A stretch of 64,000 nucleotides of DNA from Octopus sinensis (Eukaryota), in NCBI RefSeq assembly GCF_006345805.1, contig NC_043020.1, positions 4,588,001 through 4,652,000 on the forward strand, written 5' to 3'. The position numbers were made by a program, and so were the translations under genes. Shown in pieces: positions 12,855 through 27,407 of the stretch; the first letter of the stretch is position 1, and every line of letters starts with the position of its first letter. The notes under the pieces are model-generated. The model searched no databases and was not told the origin of the DNA. It saw only the letters and a list, made by a program, of their open reading frames with translations.

Positions 12855-13087
12855 ATACCTGGATTGGCCATAATTGGCCTCATTCGGATATCTCTCGGGT
12901 GTGGAATATTTATAACTATAGAAGTTAACTTGTTACAGGTTTTGTTTATGGCTTACCTTTTGTAGATTTTGGGAAGTTCATAGATGTTACTGGCTTTGCA
13001 GTGAAATCTAGTCAAGCAATTTGTCTCCTTTTTTGTTAAATCGTGTTGGAACTGGTGGATAAAAGTAGACAGTTTGGTCATTACCTT
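12855..13087 (-). mobile_element. Duplicate Penelope-like RT fragment, 5'-truncated at the satellite
   Basis: Near-identical to 10255-10480 (SNIYELPKIYKR). It stops ~35 bp short of its paralog, exactly where the satellite begins. Confidence 0.8.
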
Positions 13088-16000
13088 GCAATTCAGGGGC
13101 ACGTAATTCAGATGCATGTAATTTAGGGGCAGGTACTTCAGGTGAAGGTAATTTAGGGGCATTTAATTCATGGGCAGGTAATTGAGGGGCATGTAATTTA
13201 GGGCCAGGTAGTTCACGGGCAGGTAATTGAGGGGCAGGTAATTCAGGGGCATGTAATTCACGGGCAGGTAATTCAGGTGCAGGTTATTCAGGGACTCGGG
13301 GGTAGATACTTCAGGGGCATGTAATTCTGGGGCAGGTAATTCAGGGGCATGTAATTCAGTTGCATGTAATTCATGGGCAGGTAATTCAGGGGTATGTAAT
13401 TCAGGAGCATGTTATTCAGGGGCATGTCATTCAGGGAAGGTAATTCAGGTGCAGGTAATTCAGGGTTAGGTAATTCAGCGGCATGTAATTGAGGTGCAGG
13501 TAATTCAGGGGTAGGTAATTCAGGGCCATGTAATTCGTGGGTGGGTAATTCAAGGAATGTAATTCAGGGGCATGTAATTCAGGGAAGGTAATCCAGGGGC
13601 AGTAATTCAGGGGTAATTCAGGGGCAGGTAATCCAGGGGCATGTAATTCAGATGAAAGGTAATTCAGGGCATGTCATTCACGGGCAGGTAATTCAGGGGC
13701 TGGTAATTTAGGGATAGATAATTCAGAGGCATGTCATTCAGGGGCAGGTCATTCAGGGTCATGTAATTTAGGGGGCAGGTAGTTCATGGCCATTTAATTC
13801 ATGGGCAGGTAATTGGGGGGCAGTAATTCATGGGCAGGTAATTGAGGGGCATGTCATTCAGGGGCAGGTAATTCAGGTGTATGTAATTCAGGTGCAGGTT
13901 TATTCAGGGACTCAGGGTTTAGATTCAGGGGCATGTAATTCAGGTGTAATGTAATTCAGGGGCAAGTAAATCAGTTGCATGTAATTCAGGGGCATGTAAT
14001 TCAGGTGTATGTTATTCAGGGGCAGGTTATTCAGGTATAGGTTATTCAGGGGCAGGTAATCCAGGGGTAACTAATTAAGGGGCAGGTCATTCATGGGCAT
14101 GTAATTTAGGGCAGGTAATTCACGGGCAGGTAATTCAGGGCAGGTATTCACGTCCTGTAATTCGGGTGTTTGTAATTTATGGGAAGGTTTATTCAGGGTA
14201 TGTAATTCAGGGGCATGTAATTGAGGGGCAGGTAAATCGGGCATGTAATTCATGTGCAGGGTAATTGAGGGGAAGGTATCCAGGTGCAGGTGATTTAGAG
14301 TAATTCATTCATTGGCAGGTATTCAGGGGCAGGTATACAGAGCAATGTAATTTAGGGGAAGGTAATCCAGGGGCATGTAATTCATATGAAAGGTATCCAG
14401 GGGGAGGTAATTTATAGAATGTATTCATGGGCAGGTAATTCAGGGGCATGTAATTCAGGTGTCAGGTAATTGGGGGAAATTCACAGGTAATTCAGGGCAT
14501 GTAATTCAGGGGGAAGGGTAATTCAGGAATGTAATTCAGGGGGAAGGTAATTTAGGGCAGTCAATTCAGGGCAGGTAATTCCCAGGGCATGGTAATTCAG
14601 GAGGGAATGTCATCAGGGCATGTCATTCACGGGCAGGTAATTTAGGGATAGATAATTCAGAGGCATGAAATTCAGGGGCAGGTCATTCAGGTGCATGTAA
14701 TTAAGAGGCAGGTAATTCAGGTGCTTGTAATTCAAGGGCACGTAATTCAGATGCATGTAATTTAGGGGCAGGTACTTCAGGGGAAGGTAATTTAGGGGCA
14801 TTTAATTCATGGGCAGGTAATTCACGGGCAGGTAATTCTGGGGCATTTAATTCAGGTGCATGTAATTCATGGGCATGTAATTCAGGGGCAGGTAATTCAG
14901 GGTTAGGTAATTCAGCGGCATGTAATTGAGGTGCAGGTAATTGAGGGGCATGTAATTCAGGTGTCTGTAATTCAGGTGTATGTAATTCAGGGGTAGGTAA
15001 TTCAGGCGCATATAATTCAGTGGCATGTAATTCGTGGGTGGGTAATTCAGAGGAATGTAATTCAGGGGCATGTAATTCAGGGGAAGGTAATCCAGGGGCA
15101 GGTAATTCAGGGGTTATTCAGGGCCAGGTAACTTAGAGGAATGTTATTCATCTGCAGGTAATCCAGGGGCATGTAATTCAGATGAAAGGTAATTCAGGGG
15201 CATGTCATTCACGGGCAGGTAATTCAGGGGCTGGTAATTTAGGGATAGATAATTCAGAGGCAAGTCATTCAGGGTCATGTAATTTAGGGGCAGGTACTTC
15301 AGGGGCATTTAATTCATGGGCAGGTAATTCATGGGCAGGTAATTCAGGTGTATGTAATTCAGGTGCAGGTTATTCAGGGACTCAGGGGTAGATAATTCAG
15401 GGGAGTGTAATTCAGGTGTATGTAATTCAGGGGCATGTAAATCAGTTGCATGTAATTCAGGGGCATGTAATTCAGGTGCATGTAATTCATGGGCAGGTAA
15501 TTCAGGGGTATGCAATTCAGGGGCATGTCATTCAGGGAAGGTAATTCAGGGGCATGTAATTCAGGTGTATGTAATTCAGGGGCATGTCATTCACGGGTGG
15601 GTAATTTAGGGATAGGTAATTCAAGGGCACATCATTCAGAGTCAGATCATTCATGTGCATGTAATTAAGAGTCATGTAATTTAGGGGCAGGTAATTCAGG
15701 GGAAGGTAATTCAGGGGTAATTCAGGGACAGGTAATTTAGAGGAATGTCATTCATGGGCAGGTAATTCAGGGGCTTGTAATTCTGGGTTAGGTAATCCAG
15801 GGGCATGTAATTCAGGGGCAGGTAATCTAGGTGCAGGTAATTCAGGGTTATGTCAATCACGGGCAGGTAATTTAGGGATAGATAATTCAGGGGCAGGTCA
15901 TTTAGGTGCATGTAATTGAGGGGCAGGTAATTGAAGGCCATGTAATTCAGGGGCAGTTAAATCAGGGGCATGTAATTCTGGGGAAGTTAATTCAGGTGTA

Positions 16001-19000
16001 TGTTATTCAGGGGCAGGTTATTCAGGGGCAGTTAATCCAGGGGTATATCATTCACTGGCAGGTAATTCCGGGCAGGTAATTTAGGGATAGATAATTCGGG
16101 CATATCATTCAGGGTCAGATCATTCATGTGCATGTAATTAAGAGGCATGTAATTGAGGGGCAGGTAATTCAGGTGTTTGTAATTCAGGGGCAGGTAATTC
16201 AGATGCATGTAATTTAGAGGCAGGTAATTCAGGGGTATGTAATTCAGGGGCAGGTAATTTAGAGGTATGTCATTCATTGGCAGATAATTCAGGGACATGT
16301 AATTAAGGGGCATGTAGTTCAGGGGCATGTAATTCATGGGCAGGTAATTGAGGGGCATGTATTTTAGGGGCAGGTAATTCACGGGCATGTAATTCAGGTG
16401 TATGTATTTTAGGGGCAGGTAATTCACGGGCATGTAATTCAGGTGTATGTAATTCATGGGTAGGTAATTGAGGGGCAGGTAATTCAGGGACTCAGGGGCA
16501 GATAATTCAGGGGCATGTAATTCAGGAGCTGATAATTCAGGTGTATGTAATTCAGGGGCATTTAATTCAGGTGCACTTCATTCAGGGGCAGGTAATTCAG
16601 GGGCATGTAATTCATGGGCGGGTAATTGAGGGGAAGGTAATCCAGGGGCAGGTGATTTAGAGGAATGTCATTCATTGGCAGGTAATTCAGAGGAAGGTAA
16701 TTCAGGGGTAATTTAAGGAGAGGTAATTTATAGGAATGTCATTCATGGGCAGGTAATTCAGTAGCTTGTAATTCAGGGTTAGGTAATCCAGGGGCAGGTA
16801 ATTCAGGGGCATGTAATTCAGATGAAATGTAATTCAGGGGCAGGTATCTAGGTGCAGGTATTTCAGGGGTATGTCATTCACGGGCAGGTAATTCAGGGGC
16901 AGGTAATCTAGGTGGAGGTATTTCAGGGGTATGTCATTCACGGGCAGGTAATTCAGGGGCAGATAATTTAGGGATAGATAATTCAGAGATATGTCATTCA
17001 GGGGCAGGTCATTCAGGTGCATGTAATTAAGAGACATGTAATTGAGGGGCAGGTAATTCAGGGTCATGTAATTCAGGTGTTTTAATTCAGGGGCAGGTAA
17101 TTCAGATGCATGTAATTTAGTTGCAGGTAATTCAGGGGCCGGTACTTCAGGGTTAAGTAATTAAGGGGCATGTCATTCAGAGCAAGGTAATTCAGACCCA
17201 GGTAATTGAGGGGCATGTAATTCAGGTGCAGGTAATTCAGGGGCATGTAATTAAGGGGCATGTAATTCAGCGGCATGTAATTGAGGAGCAGGTAATTGAG
17301 GGGAATGTAATTCAGGGGCATGTAATTCAAGGGCATGTAATTCGTGGGTGGGTAATTCAGAGCAATGTATTTCAGGGGCATGTAATTCAGGTGCAGGTAA
17401 TTCAGGTGCATGTAACTCAGGGGCATGTAATTGAGGTGCAGATAATTGAGGGGCATGTAATTTAGGTGTATGTAATTCAGGGGTAGGTTATTCAGGGGCA
17501 TGTAATTTAGGGGCATGTAATTCGTGGGTGGGTAATTCAGAGCAATATATTTCAGGGGAAGGTAATCCAGGGGCAGGTAATTCAGGGGTAATTCAGGGAC
17601 AGGTAATTCAGAGGAATGTCATTCATGGGCAGGTAATTTAGGGGCAGGTAATCGAGGGGCATGTAATTCAGATGAAAGGTGATTCAGGGGCATGTAATTC
17701 AGGGCAGGTAATCTAGGTGCAGGTAATTCAGAGGCATGTCATTCACGGGTAGGTAATTCAGGGGCCGGTAATTTAGGGATAGATAATTCAGAGGCATGTC
17801 ATTCAGGGCAGGTCATTGAGGTGCATGTAAATAAGAGGCAGGTAATTCAGAGCCATGTATTTCAGGTGTTTGTAATTCAGGGGCAGGTAATTGAGGGGCA
17901 TTTAATTATGCATGTAATTTAGGGGCAGGTACTTCAGGGGTATGTAATTCAGGGGCAGGTAATTGAGGGGAAGTTAATTCAGGTGTATGTTATTCAGGGG
18001 CAGGTAATTCATGGCCAGGTAATTCAGGGGCATGTAATTTTGGGGCAGGAAATTCACGGGCAGGTAATTCACGGGCATGTAATTCAGGGGCAGGTAATTC
18101 AGGTGCAGGTTATTCAGGGACTCAGGGGTAGATAATTCAGGGGCATGTAATTCAGGGTCAGGTAATTCAGGTGTATGTAATTCAGGGGCAGGTAATTCAG
18201 GGGCATGTAATTCAGGGGCAGGTTAATCCGGGGCATGTAATTTGGGGGCAGGTAATTCAGGGGCGGTAATTCATGGGAAGGTAATTGGGGCGTAAACCAG
18301 AGGTTTTCAGGTGCAGGTGATTTAGAGGAATGTCATTCATTGGCAGGTAATTCAGGGGCACTTAATTTAGAGTGTAATTCAGGGGAAGGTATTCAGGGGT
18401 AATTCAGGGAAAGGTAATTTATAGGAATGTCATTCATGGGCAGGTGATTGAGGGGCATGTCATTCAGGGACAGGTAATTCAGGGGCCCATAATTTAGGGG
18501 CAGGTAATTCAAAGGCACGTAATTCAGGTGTATGTAATTCAGGGGCAGGTAATTCAATTGCAGGTTATTCAGGGACATGTGACTCAGGGGCAGGTAATTC
18601 AGGTGTATGTAATTCAGGTGCATGTAATTCATGGGCAGGTAATTCAGGGGCATGTAATTCAGGGGAAGGTAATTTAGGGGCAGGAACTTCAGGGGCAGAT
18701 TATTGAGTGTCAGGTTATTCAGGTATAGGTTATTCAGGGACAGGTAATCCAGGGGTATGTAATTAAGGGGCAGGTCATTCAGGGGCATGTCATTCATGGG
18801 CATAAATTCAGGGGATGGTAATTCAGGGGCAGGTAATTCAGGGGCACGTAATTCAGGGGCATGTTATTCAGGTGCAGGTAATTGAGGGGCATTTAATTAA
18901 GGGGCATGTAATTCTGGGTTAGGTAATCCAGGGGCATGTAATTCTGGGTTAGGTAATCCAGGGGCATGTAATTGAGGGGCATGTAATTCAGGGGTAGGTA

Positions 19001-22000
19001 ATTCAGGGGCATGTAATTCAGGGGCATGTAATTAATGGGTGGGTAATTCAGGGGAAGGTAATTCAGGGACAGGTAATTTAGAGGAATGTCATTCATGGGC
19101 AGGTAATTCAGGGGCATGTAATTCTGGGTTAGGTAATCCAGGGACATGTAATTCTGGGTCAGGTAATCCAGGGGCATGTAATTCAGGAGCATGTAATTCA
19201 GGGGCAGGTAATCTAGGTGCAGGTATTTCAGGGGCATGTCATTCTCGGGCAGGTAATTCATGGGCAGGTAATTTAGGGATAGATAATTCAGGGTCAGGTC
19301 ATACAGGTGCATGTAATTAAGAGCCATGTGATTGAGGGGCAGATAATTCAGGGCCATGTAATTCAGGGGCAGGCAATTCAGATGCATGTAATTTTGGGGC
19401 AGGTAATTCAGGTGTATCTTATTCTGGTGTATGTTATTCAGGGGCATGTAATTCAGGGGCATGACATTCACGGGCAGGTAATTCCGGGGCAGGTAATTTA
19501 GGGATAGATAATTGAGGGGCATATCATTCAGGGTCAGGTCATTCATGTGCATGTAATTAAGAGGCATTTAATTGAGGGGCATCTAATTCAGTTGTTTGTA
19601 ATTCAGGGGCAGGTAATTCAGATGCATGTAATTTAGGGGAAGGTAATTCAGGGGTATGTAATTCAGGGGCAGGTAATTTAGAGGAATGTCATTCATTGGC
19701 AGATAATTCCGGGACATGTAATTCAGGGGCATGTAATTCAGGGAAAGGTAATTCAGGGGCAGGTAATTCAGGGTTAGGTAATTCAGCGGCATGTAATTGA
19801 GGTGCATGTATGTAATTCAGGGGTAGGTAATTCAGGGGCATGTAATTCAGGGGCATGTAATTCAGGGGCATGTAATTCGTGGGTGGGTAATTCAGAGGAA
19901 TGTCATTCATCTGCAGGTAATTTAGGGGCAGGTAATCCAGGGGCATGTAATTCAGATGAAAGGTAATTCAGGGGCATGTCATTCACGGGCAGGCAATTCA
20001 GGGGCTGGTAATTTAGGGATAGATAATTCAGAGGCATGTCATTCAGGGGCAGGTCATTCAGGGTCATGTAATTTAGGGGCAGGTACTTCAGGGGCAGGTA
20101 ATTCAGGGGCCGGTAATTGGGGGGCAGGTAATTCATGGGCAGGTAATTGAGGGGCATGTCATTCCGGGGCAGGTAATTCAGGGGCATGTAATTTAGGGGC
20201 AGGTAATTCAGGTGTATGTAATTCAGGTGCAGGTTATTCAGGGACTCAGGGGTAGATAATTCAGGGGCATGTAATTCAGGTGTATGTAAATCAGGGGCAT
20301 TTAAATCAGTTGCATGTAATTCAGGGGCATGTCATTCAGGGGCATGTCATTCTGGGAAGGTAATTCAGGGGCAGGTAATTCAGGGCAGGTAATTCAGGGG
20401 CAGGTAATTCAGGTGTATGTAATTCAGGTGTATGTATTCAGGGTAGGTTATTCAGGTAGGTATAGGTATTCAGGGGCAGGTAATCCAGATCTAACTAATT
20501 AAGGGGCATGTCATTCAGGGGCATGTAATTTAGGGGCAGGTAATTCACGGGCATGTAATTCAGGTGTATGTAATTTATGGAAGGTAATTCAGGGGTATGT
20601 AATTCAGGGGCATGTCATTGAGGGGCAGGTAAATCGGGCATGTAATTCATGTGCGGGTAATTGAGGGGAAGGTAATCCAGGTGCAGGTGATTTAGAGTAA
20701 TGTCATTCATTGGCAGGTAATTCAGGGGCAGGTAATACAGAGCAATGTAATTTAGGGGCAGGTAATCCAGGGGCATGTAATTCAGATGAAAGGTAATTCA
20801 TGGGCATGTCATTCACGGGCAGTTAATTCAGGGGCTGGTAATTTAGGGATTGATAATTCAGAGGCATGTCATTCAGGGGCAGGTCATTCAGGGTCATGTA
20901 ATTTAGGGGCAGGTAATTCAGGGGCATTTAGTTCATGGGCCGCTAATTGGGGGGCAGGTAATTCATGGGCAGGTAATTGAGGGGCATGTCATTCAGGGGC
21001 AGGTAATTCAGGGGCATGTTATTTAGGGCAGGTAATTCAGGTGTATTTATTCAGGTGCAGGTTATTCAGGGACTCAGGGTAGATAATTCAGGGGCATGTA
21101 ATTCAGGTGCATGTAATTCATGGGCAGGTATTCAGGGGTATGCAATTCAGGGGCATGTCATTCAGGGGCATTTCATTCTGGGAGGTAATTCAGGGGCAGG
21201 TAATTCAGGGCTAGGTAATCCAGGGGCAGGTAATTCAGGGGCATGTAATTGAGGGGCATGTAATTCAGGGTAGGTATTCAGGGGCAGGTATCCAGGGCTA
21301 ACTAATTAGGGGTTCAGGGGATTCAGGTAATCATTCAGGGCAGGTAATTTCAGGGGCAGGTAATTCAGGGCATGTAATTCAGGGGCAGGTAATTCAGGGG
21401 CATGTAATTCATGAAAGGTAATTCAGGGCATGTAATTCAGGGCATTTAATTCAGGGGCTGGTAATTCAGGGTATGTAATTCAGAGGCATGTCATTCAGGG
21501 GCAGGTATTCAGGGTCATGTAATTCAGGGGGGGTAATTCGGGGCAGGTAATTCAGGGTGTAGTTCATGGGCAGGTAATTGGGGGCAGGTAATTCATGGGC
21601 AGGTAATTCAGGGGCATGTATTCAGGGCAGGTAATTCAGGGCATGTATTTAGGGGCAGGTAATTCAGGGGCATGTAATTCAGGGGCAGTTAATTCAGGGC
21701 ATGATAGATAATTCAGGGCATGTAATTCAGGGCAGGTAATTCAGGGCATGGTAATTCATTCATGGCATAGTCAGGGGCATGTATAGAGCATGTATTTAGG
21801 GCAGGTATTCAGGGGCATGTAATTCAGGGGGTAATTCAGGGCATGTCATCAGGCAGTAATTCAGGGCAGGTAATTTAGGTAGATAATTCAGGGCATGTCA
21901 TTCAGGGGCATTTAGTTCATGGGCCGGTAATGGGGGGCAGGTAATTCATGGGCATATTGAGGGGCATGTCATTCAGGGGCAGGTAATTCAGGCATGTAAT

Positions 22001-25000
22001 TTAGGGGCAGGTAATTCAGGTGTATGTTATTCAGGTGGCAGGTATTCAGGGATCAGGGGTAGATAATTCAGGGGCATGTAATTCAGGTGATGTAATTCAG
22101 GGGCATGTAATCATTGCATGTAATTCAGGGGCATGTAATTCAGGGCATGTAATTTGGGCAGGTAATTCAGGGGTATGTAATTCAGGGGCATGTCATTCAG
22201 GGCATGTCATTCAGGGAGGTAATTCAGGGCTAGGTAATCAGGGGCAGGTATTGAGGGGCATGTAATTCAGGTGTATGTAATTCAGGTGTATGTTATTCAG
22301 GGGCAGGTCATTCAGGGGCAGGTAATCCAGGGGTAACTAATTAAGGGGCAGGTCATTCAGGGGCATGTAATTTAGGGGCAGGTAATTCACGGGCATGTAA
22401 TTCAGGTGTATGTAATTTATGGGAAGGTAATTCAGGTGTATGTAATTTATGGGAAGGTAATTCAGGGGTATGTAATTCAGGGGCATGTCATTGAGGGGCA
22501 GGTAAATCGGGCATGTAATTCATGTGCGGGTAATTGAGGGGAAGGTAATCCAGGTGCAGGTGATTTAGAGTAATGTCATTCTTTGGCAGGTAATTCAGGG
22601 GCAGGTAATACAGAGCAATGTAATTTAGGGGAAGGTAATCCAGGGGGAGGTAATTTATAGGAATGTCATTCATGGGCAGGTAATTCAGGGTCTTGTAATT
22701 CAGGGGCATGTAATTGAGGTGCAGGTAATTGAGGGGCTTGTAATTGAGGGGCTTGTAATCCAGGTGTATGTAATTCAGGGGCATTTTATTCGTGGGTGGG
22801 TAATTCAGAGGAATGTAATTCGGGGGAAGGTAATCCAGGGGCAGGTAATTCAGGCGTAATTCAGGGAAAGGTAATTTAGAGGAATGTCATTCATGGGCAG
22901 GTAATCCAGGGGCATGTAATTCAGGTGCATGTAATTCAGGGGCATGTCATTCACGGGCAGGTAATTCAGGGGCTGGTAATTTAGGGATAGATAATTCAGA
23001 GGCATGTCATTCAGGGGCAGGTCATTCAGGTACATGTAATTAAGAGGCAGGTAATTCAGGGCCATGTAATTCAGGGGCACGTAATTCAGATGCATGTAAT
23101 TTAGGGGCAGGTACTTCAGGGGAAGGTAATTTAGAGGCATTTAATTCATGGGCAGGTAATTTAGAGGCATTTAATTCATGGGCAGGTAATTGAGGCCATG
23201 TATTTTAGGGCCAGGTAGTTCACGGGCAGGTAATTGAGGGGCATGTCATTCAGGGGCAGGTAATTCAGGTGCAGGTTATTCAGGGACTCAGGGGTAGATA
23301 ATTCAGGGGCATGTAATTCAGGGTCAGGTAATTCAGGTGTATGTAACTCAGGGACAGGTAATTCAGGGGCATGTAATTCATGGGCAGGTTATTCAGGGGC
23401 ATGTAATTTAGGGGCAAGTAATTTAGGGGCAGGTAATTTAGAGGAATATTGGCAGATAATTCAAGGACATGTAATTAAGGGGCATGTAATTCATGGGCAG
23501 GTAATTTAGGGGCATGTAATTCATGGGCGGGTAATTGAGGCGAAGGTAATCCAGGGGCAGGTAGTTCAGGTGCAGGTGATTTAGAGGAATGTCATTCATT
23601 GGCAGGTAATTCAGGGGCAGGTAATTTAGAGTGTAATTCAGGGGAAGGTAATCCAGGGGCAGGTAATTCAGGGGTAATTCAGGGAAAGGTAATTTAGAGG
23701 AATGTCATTCATGGGCAGGTGATTGAGGGGCAGGTAATTCAGTGGCAGGTAATTCAGGGGTAATTCAGGGACAGGTAATTTATAGGTATGTCATTCATGG
23801 GCAGGTGATTGAGGGGCATGTCATTCAGGGACAGGTAATTCAGGGGCCCATAATTTAGGGGCAGGTAATTCAAAGGCATGTAATTCAGGTGTATGTAATT
23901 CAGGGGCAGGAAATTCAGATGCAGGTTATTCAGGGACATGTGACTCAGGGGTAGGTAATTCAGGGGCAGGTAATTCAGGTGTATGTAATTCAGGGGCATG
24001 TAATTCAGGTGCATGTAATTCATGGGCAGGTAATTCAGGGGCATGTAATTCAGGGAAGGTAATCCAGGGGTATGTAATTAAGGGGCAGGTCATTCAGGGG
24101 CATGTCATTCAGGGGCAGGTAATTCATGGGCATGAAATTCAGGGGATGGTAATTCAGGGGCACGTAATTCAGGGCATGTTATTCAGGGGCATGTAATTAA
24201 GGGGCATGTAATTCAGGTGCATGTAATTCTGGGTTAGGTAATCCAGGGCATGTAATTCTGGGTTAGGTAATCCAGGGGCATGTAATTGAGGGGTAGTTAA
24301 TTCAGGGGTAGGTAATTCAGGGGCATGTAATTCAGGGGCATGTAATTCATGGGTGGGTAATTCAGAGGAATGTAATTCAGGGGAAGGTAATTCAGGGACA
24401 GGTAATTTAGAGGAATGTCATTCATGGGCAGGTAATTCAGGGGCATGTATTCTGGGTTAAGTAATCCAGGGGCATGTAATTCAGGGGCAAGTAATCTAGC
24501 TGCATGTAATTCAGGGGCATGTCATTCACGGGCAGGTAATTCATGGGCAGGTAATTTAGGGATAGATAATTCAGGGTCAGGTCATACAGGTGCATGTAAT
24601 TAAGAGGCATGTAATTGAGGGGCAGATAATTCAGGGCCATGTAATTTTGGGGCAGGTAATTCAGGTGTATCTTATTCTGGTGTATGTTATTCAGGGGCAT
24701 GTAATTCAGGGGCAGTTTATCCAGGGGCATGACATTCATGGGCAGGTAATTCCGGGGCAGGTAATTTAGGGATAGATAATTGAGGGGCATATCATTCAGG
24801 GTCAGGTCATTCATGTGCATGTAATTAAGAGGCATGTAATTAAGGGGCATGTATTTCAGGGGCATCTAATTCAGGTGTTTGTAATCCAGGGGCAGGTAAT
24901 TCAGATGCATGTAATTTAGGGGAAGGTAATTCAGGGGTATGTAATTCAGGGGCAGGTAATTTAGAGGAATGTCATTCATTGGCAGATAATTCCGGGACAT

Positions 25001-25506
25001 GTAATTCAGGGAAAGGTAATTGAGGGGCAGGTAATTCAGGTGCATGTAATTCAGGGACATGTAACTCAGGGGCAGGTAATTCAAGGGCAGGTAATACAGG
25101 GGCATGTAATTAAGGGGCATGAAATTCAGGGCCATGTAATTCAGGGCCATGTAATTAAGGAGCAGGTAATTGAGGGGCAGTTAATTCAGGGGCATGAAAT
25201 TCAGGGGCATGAAATTCAGGGGCATGTAATTCGGGCATGTAATTCAGGGGCGGGTAATTCAGTGGTAATGTAATCCAGGTAATGCAGCGGTTGGTAATTT
25301 AGAGGAATGTCATTCAGGGACATGTAATTCAGGGACATGTAATTCAGGGGAAGGTAATTGACGGGCAGGTAATTCAGGTGCATATAATTCAGGGACATGT
25401 AATTCAAGGGCAGGTAATACAGGGTCATGTAATTCAGGGCCATGTAATTGAGGGCCATGTAATTAAGGGGCAGGACATTCAGGTACATGTAATTCAGGGC
25501 CACGTA
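13088..25506 (+). repeat. 15-bp G-rich satellite array (~12.4 kb, ~830 units) with higher-order repeats
   Basis: Alternating GGGGCAGGTAATTCA / GGGGCATGTAATTCA units with recurrent variant cassettes (tttagggatagataatt; gggactcaggggtagataatt). Confidence 0.97.
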
Positions 25507-26056
25507 GTTACCTCCCTTAAGTAGTTATCTCCCTTAAGTATGTAGTTATCGTAATATACGCTTTGTCGCTCTTAGACTCTTTCCGTTATTTCACTGCGAC
25601 CATGGTGGAGCACCGCCTTTAGTGAAGCAAATCAAGCCCAGGAATTATTCTTTGTATGCCTATTACTTAATGTATAGGTCTCTTTTGCAGAACCGATAAG
25701 TTACGGGGACGTAATGTTCGATATACTTATTTAGTAGTTATTTATTTATTGTAAGAATTTCAATTATCATAAATTATGGGCTAGGAAAAATACTAGAAAC
25801 TTTTTTGATAGACCTATTGGGGCTCCTTGTGTGTGTGGGACTGTTTTTATTTATGTGAGTGTGGGTATTTTCATTTCAGTGTTTGTGTGTGAGAGTGTTT
25901 TTATTTCTGTGTGCGCGAGTGTGTGAGCGACTGAGTGTTTCTATTTGTTTGTGTGTACGTCACTTACAACTACAACAAACACTTTGACCATTTGTAAGAT
26001 ACCCACATTTGTGATCACTAAATACTAAATCAAAATAAGTCAATTTATTGCACCTT

Positions 26057-26095
<39 letters not shown>

Positions 26096-26135
26096 ATGTA
26101 TGTGTTTGTGTATTTATATGTCGTACATAGCGTCG

Positions 26136-26192
<57 letters not shown>

Positions 26193-27361
26193 ATATAAAT
26201 ATATACATACAGATATACGTGAATATACCAACACACGTATATGTAGTATCTAAAACAAAAAAGAAACTGTAAGGGATGGAATGGGAGTTCATTCCGTTTT
26301 ATTAAGAAAACTTGCATCTGTATGTGTGATAGTACGTGCGTGCATTCTCGTGTGCCCTTCGAGTGCGAACATACACAGACACACACAACACACGCACGCA
26401 CACACGCACACACACGCACACACACGCACACACACTCACACACAGCACATGCACACACACACACACACGCACAACACCACAGACACACACACACACATTT
26501 AAACATATATACGACGAGATTCTATCAATTTCCTTCCACTAAATCCCATCACAAGGATTAGCTAGGCCCTGGGCTACAATAGTAACAATTGCAGAAGATG
26601 ACAGGCAGTGGGAATGAACCCGAAACCATGTGGTTCGTAAGCAAACTACTTACAACAGCCATTCCTACGTCGATATTCATATATACGACGGCTTCTTTCA
26701 GTTTCCCTCTACAAACTCCACTCAGAATACATTGGTTGGCCCTAGGCTATAGTCGAATACACTTGCCGAAGGTGCAACGCTGTTGGTTTGAACTCGGCAC
26801 ATTGCGGTTCGTGAGCAATCATTCTCACAGAAATGCGCGCACAAACAGACACAGAATGTCGCGGTTGAAAGGTCAAATGTTTTAAAACATAAATACCTAC
26901 GAGTTTGCGTATATGCATGTATCTATGTGCCTGGGTGCGGACGTGTGTTTCCAGAATGTCTCAGTTTTAAGGTCAACATATTTGAAACATAAATAGGTAC
27001 GAGATGGCGTCTTTGCATATATCTATATTCGTGGGTGCGGACGTGTGAGTGTTTTCTGCGTGTGTGAGCACAGTCCACCTATACCCAAGCTGGTTGCATT
27101 GTCTCATAAGAACCAGCCGTGAAAGTTCCGGACCCCATTAATGAACTCATTTGCATACAAACAATTAGGTCCCGCCTTGAACTTCTCCGGTTAACAAACA
27201 GTAGTGTCTGAATGGGAATTAGCTTGCTTACCTAACAAATGTTTTCGAGTTCAGTCACACTGGGTGGCATGTTGGGCAAATGTCTTCTACTATAGTCTCG
27301 GGCCGACCAAAGCCTTGTGAGTGGATTTGGGAGACGGAAACTAAAAGAAGACTGTCGTATG

Positions 27362-27407
<46 letters not shown>

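Larger units (their letters stand above)
9136..13087. repeat. Second subtelomeric mosaic block (paralogous modules of 2212-3960, 1590-1840, 27770-28990)
   Basis: Shared anchors: 'ggatggccataatgggacatccgactcactagagagagcag' (9440/27685) and 'agatacccacatttg...agttcaatttattgcacctttag' (10143, 12062, 12745). Confidence 0.85.

Noticed and set aside
21250-22250. Satellite zone with many 1-nt deletions (also ~14250-14620) as an older array layer
   Set aside because: The pattern, mostly homopolymer shortening, is equally explained by poor consensus quality and cannot be resolved without reads.
13088-25506. Dozens of (PLNYM)n, (GNSGA)n and (VIQGH)n ORFs
   Set aside because: Translations of a 15-bp satellite, with frequent stops and frameshifts and no splice structure.
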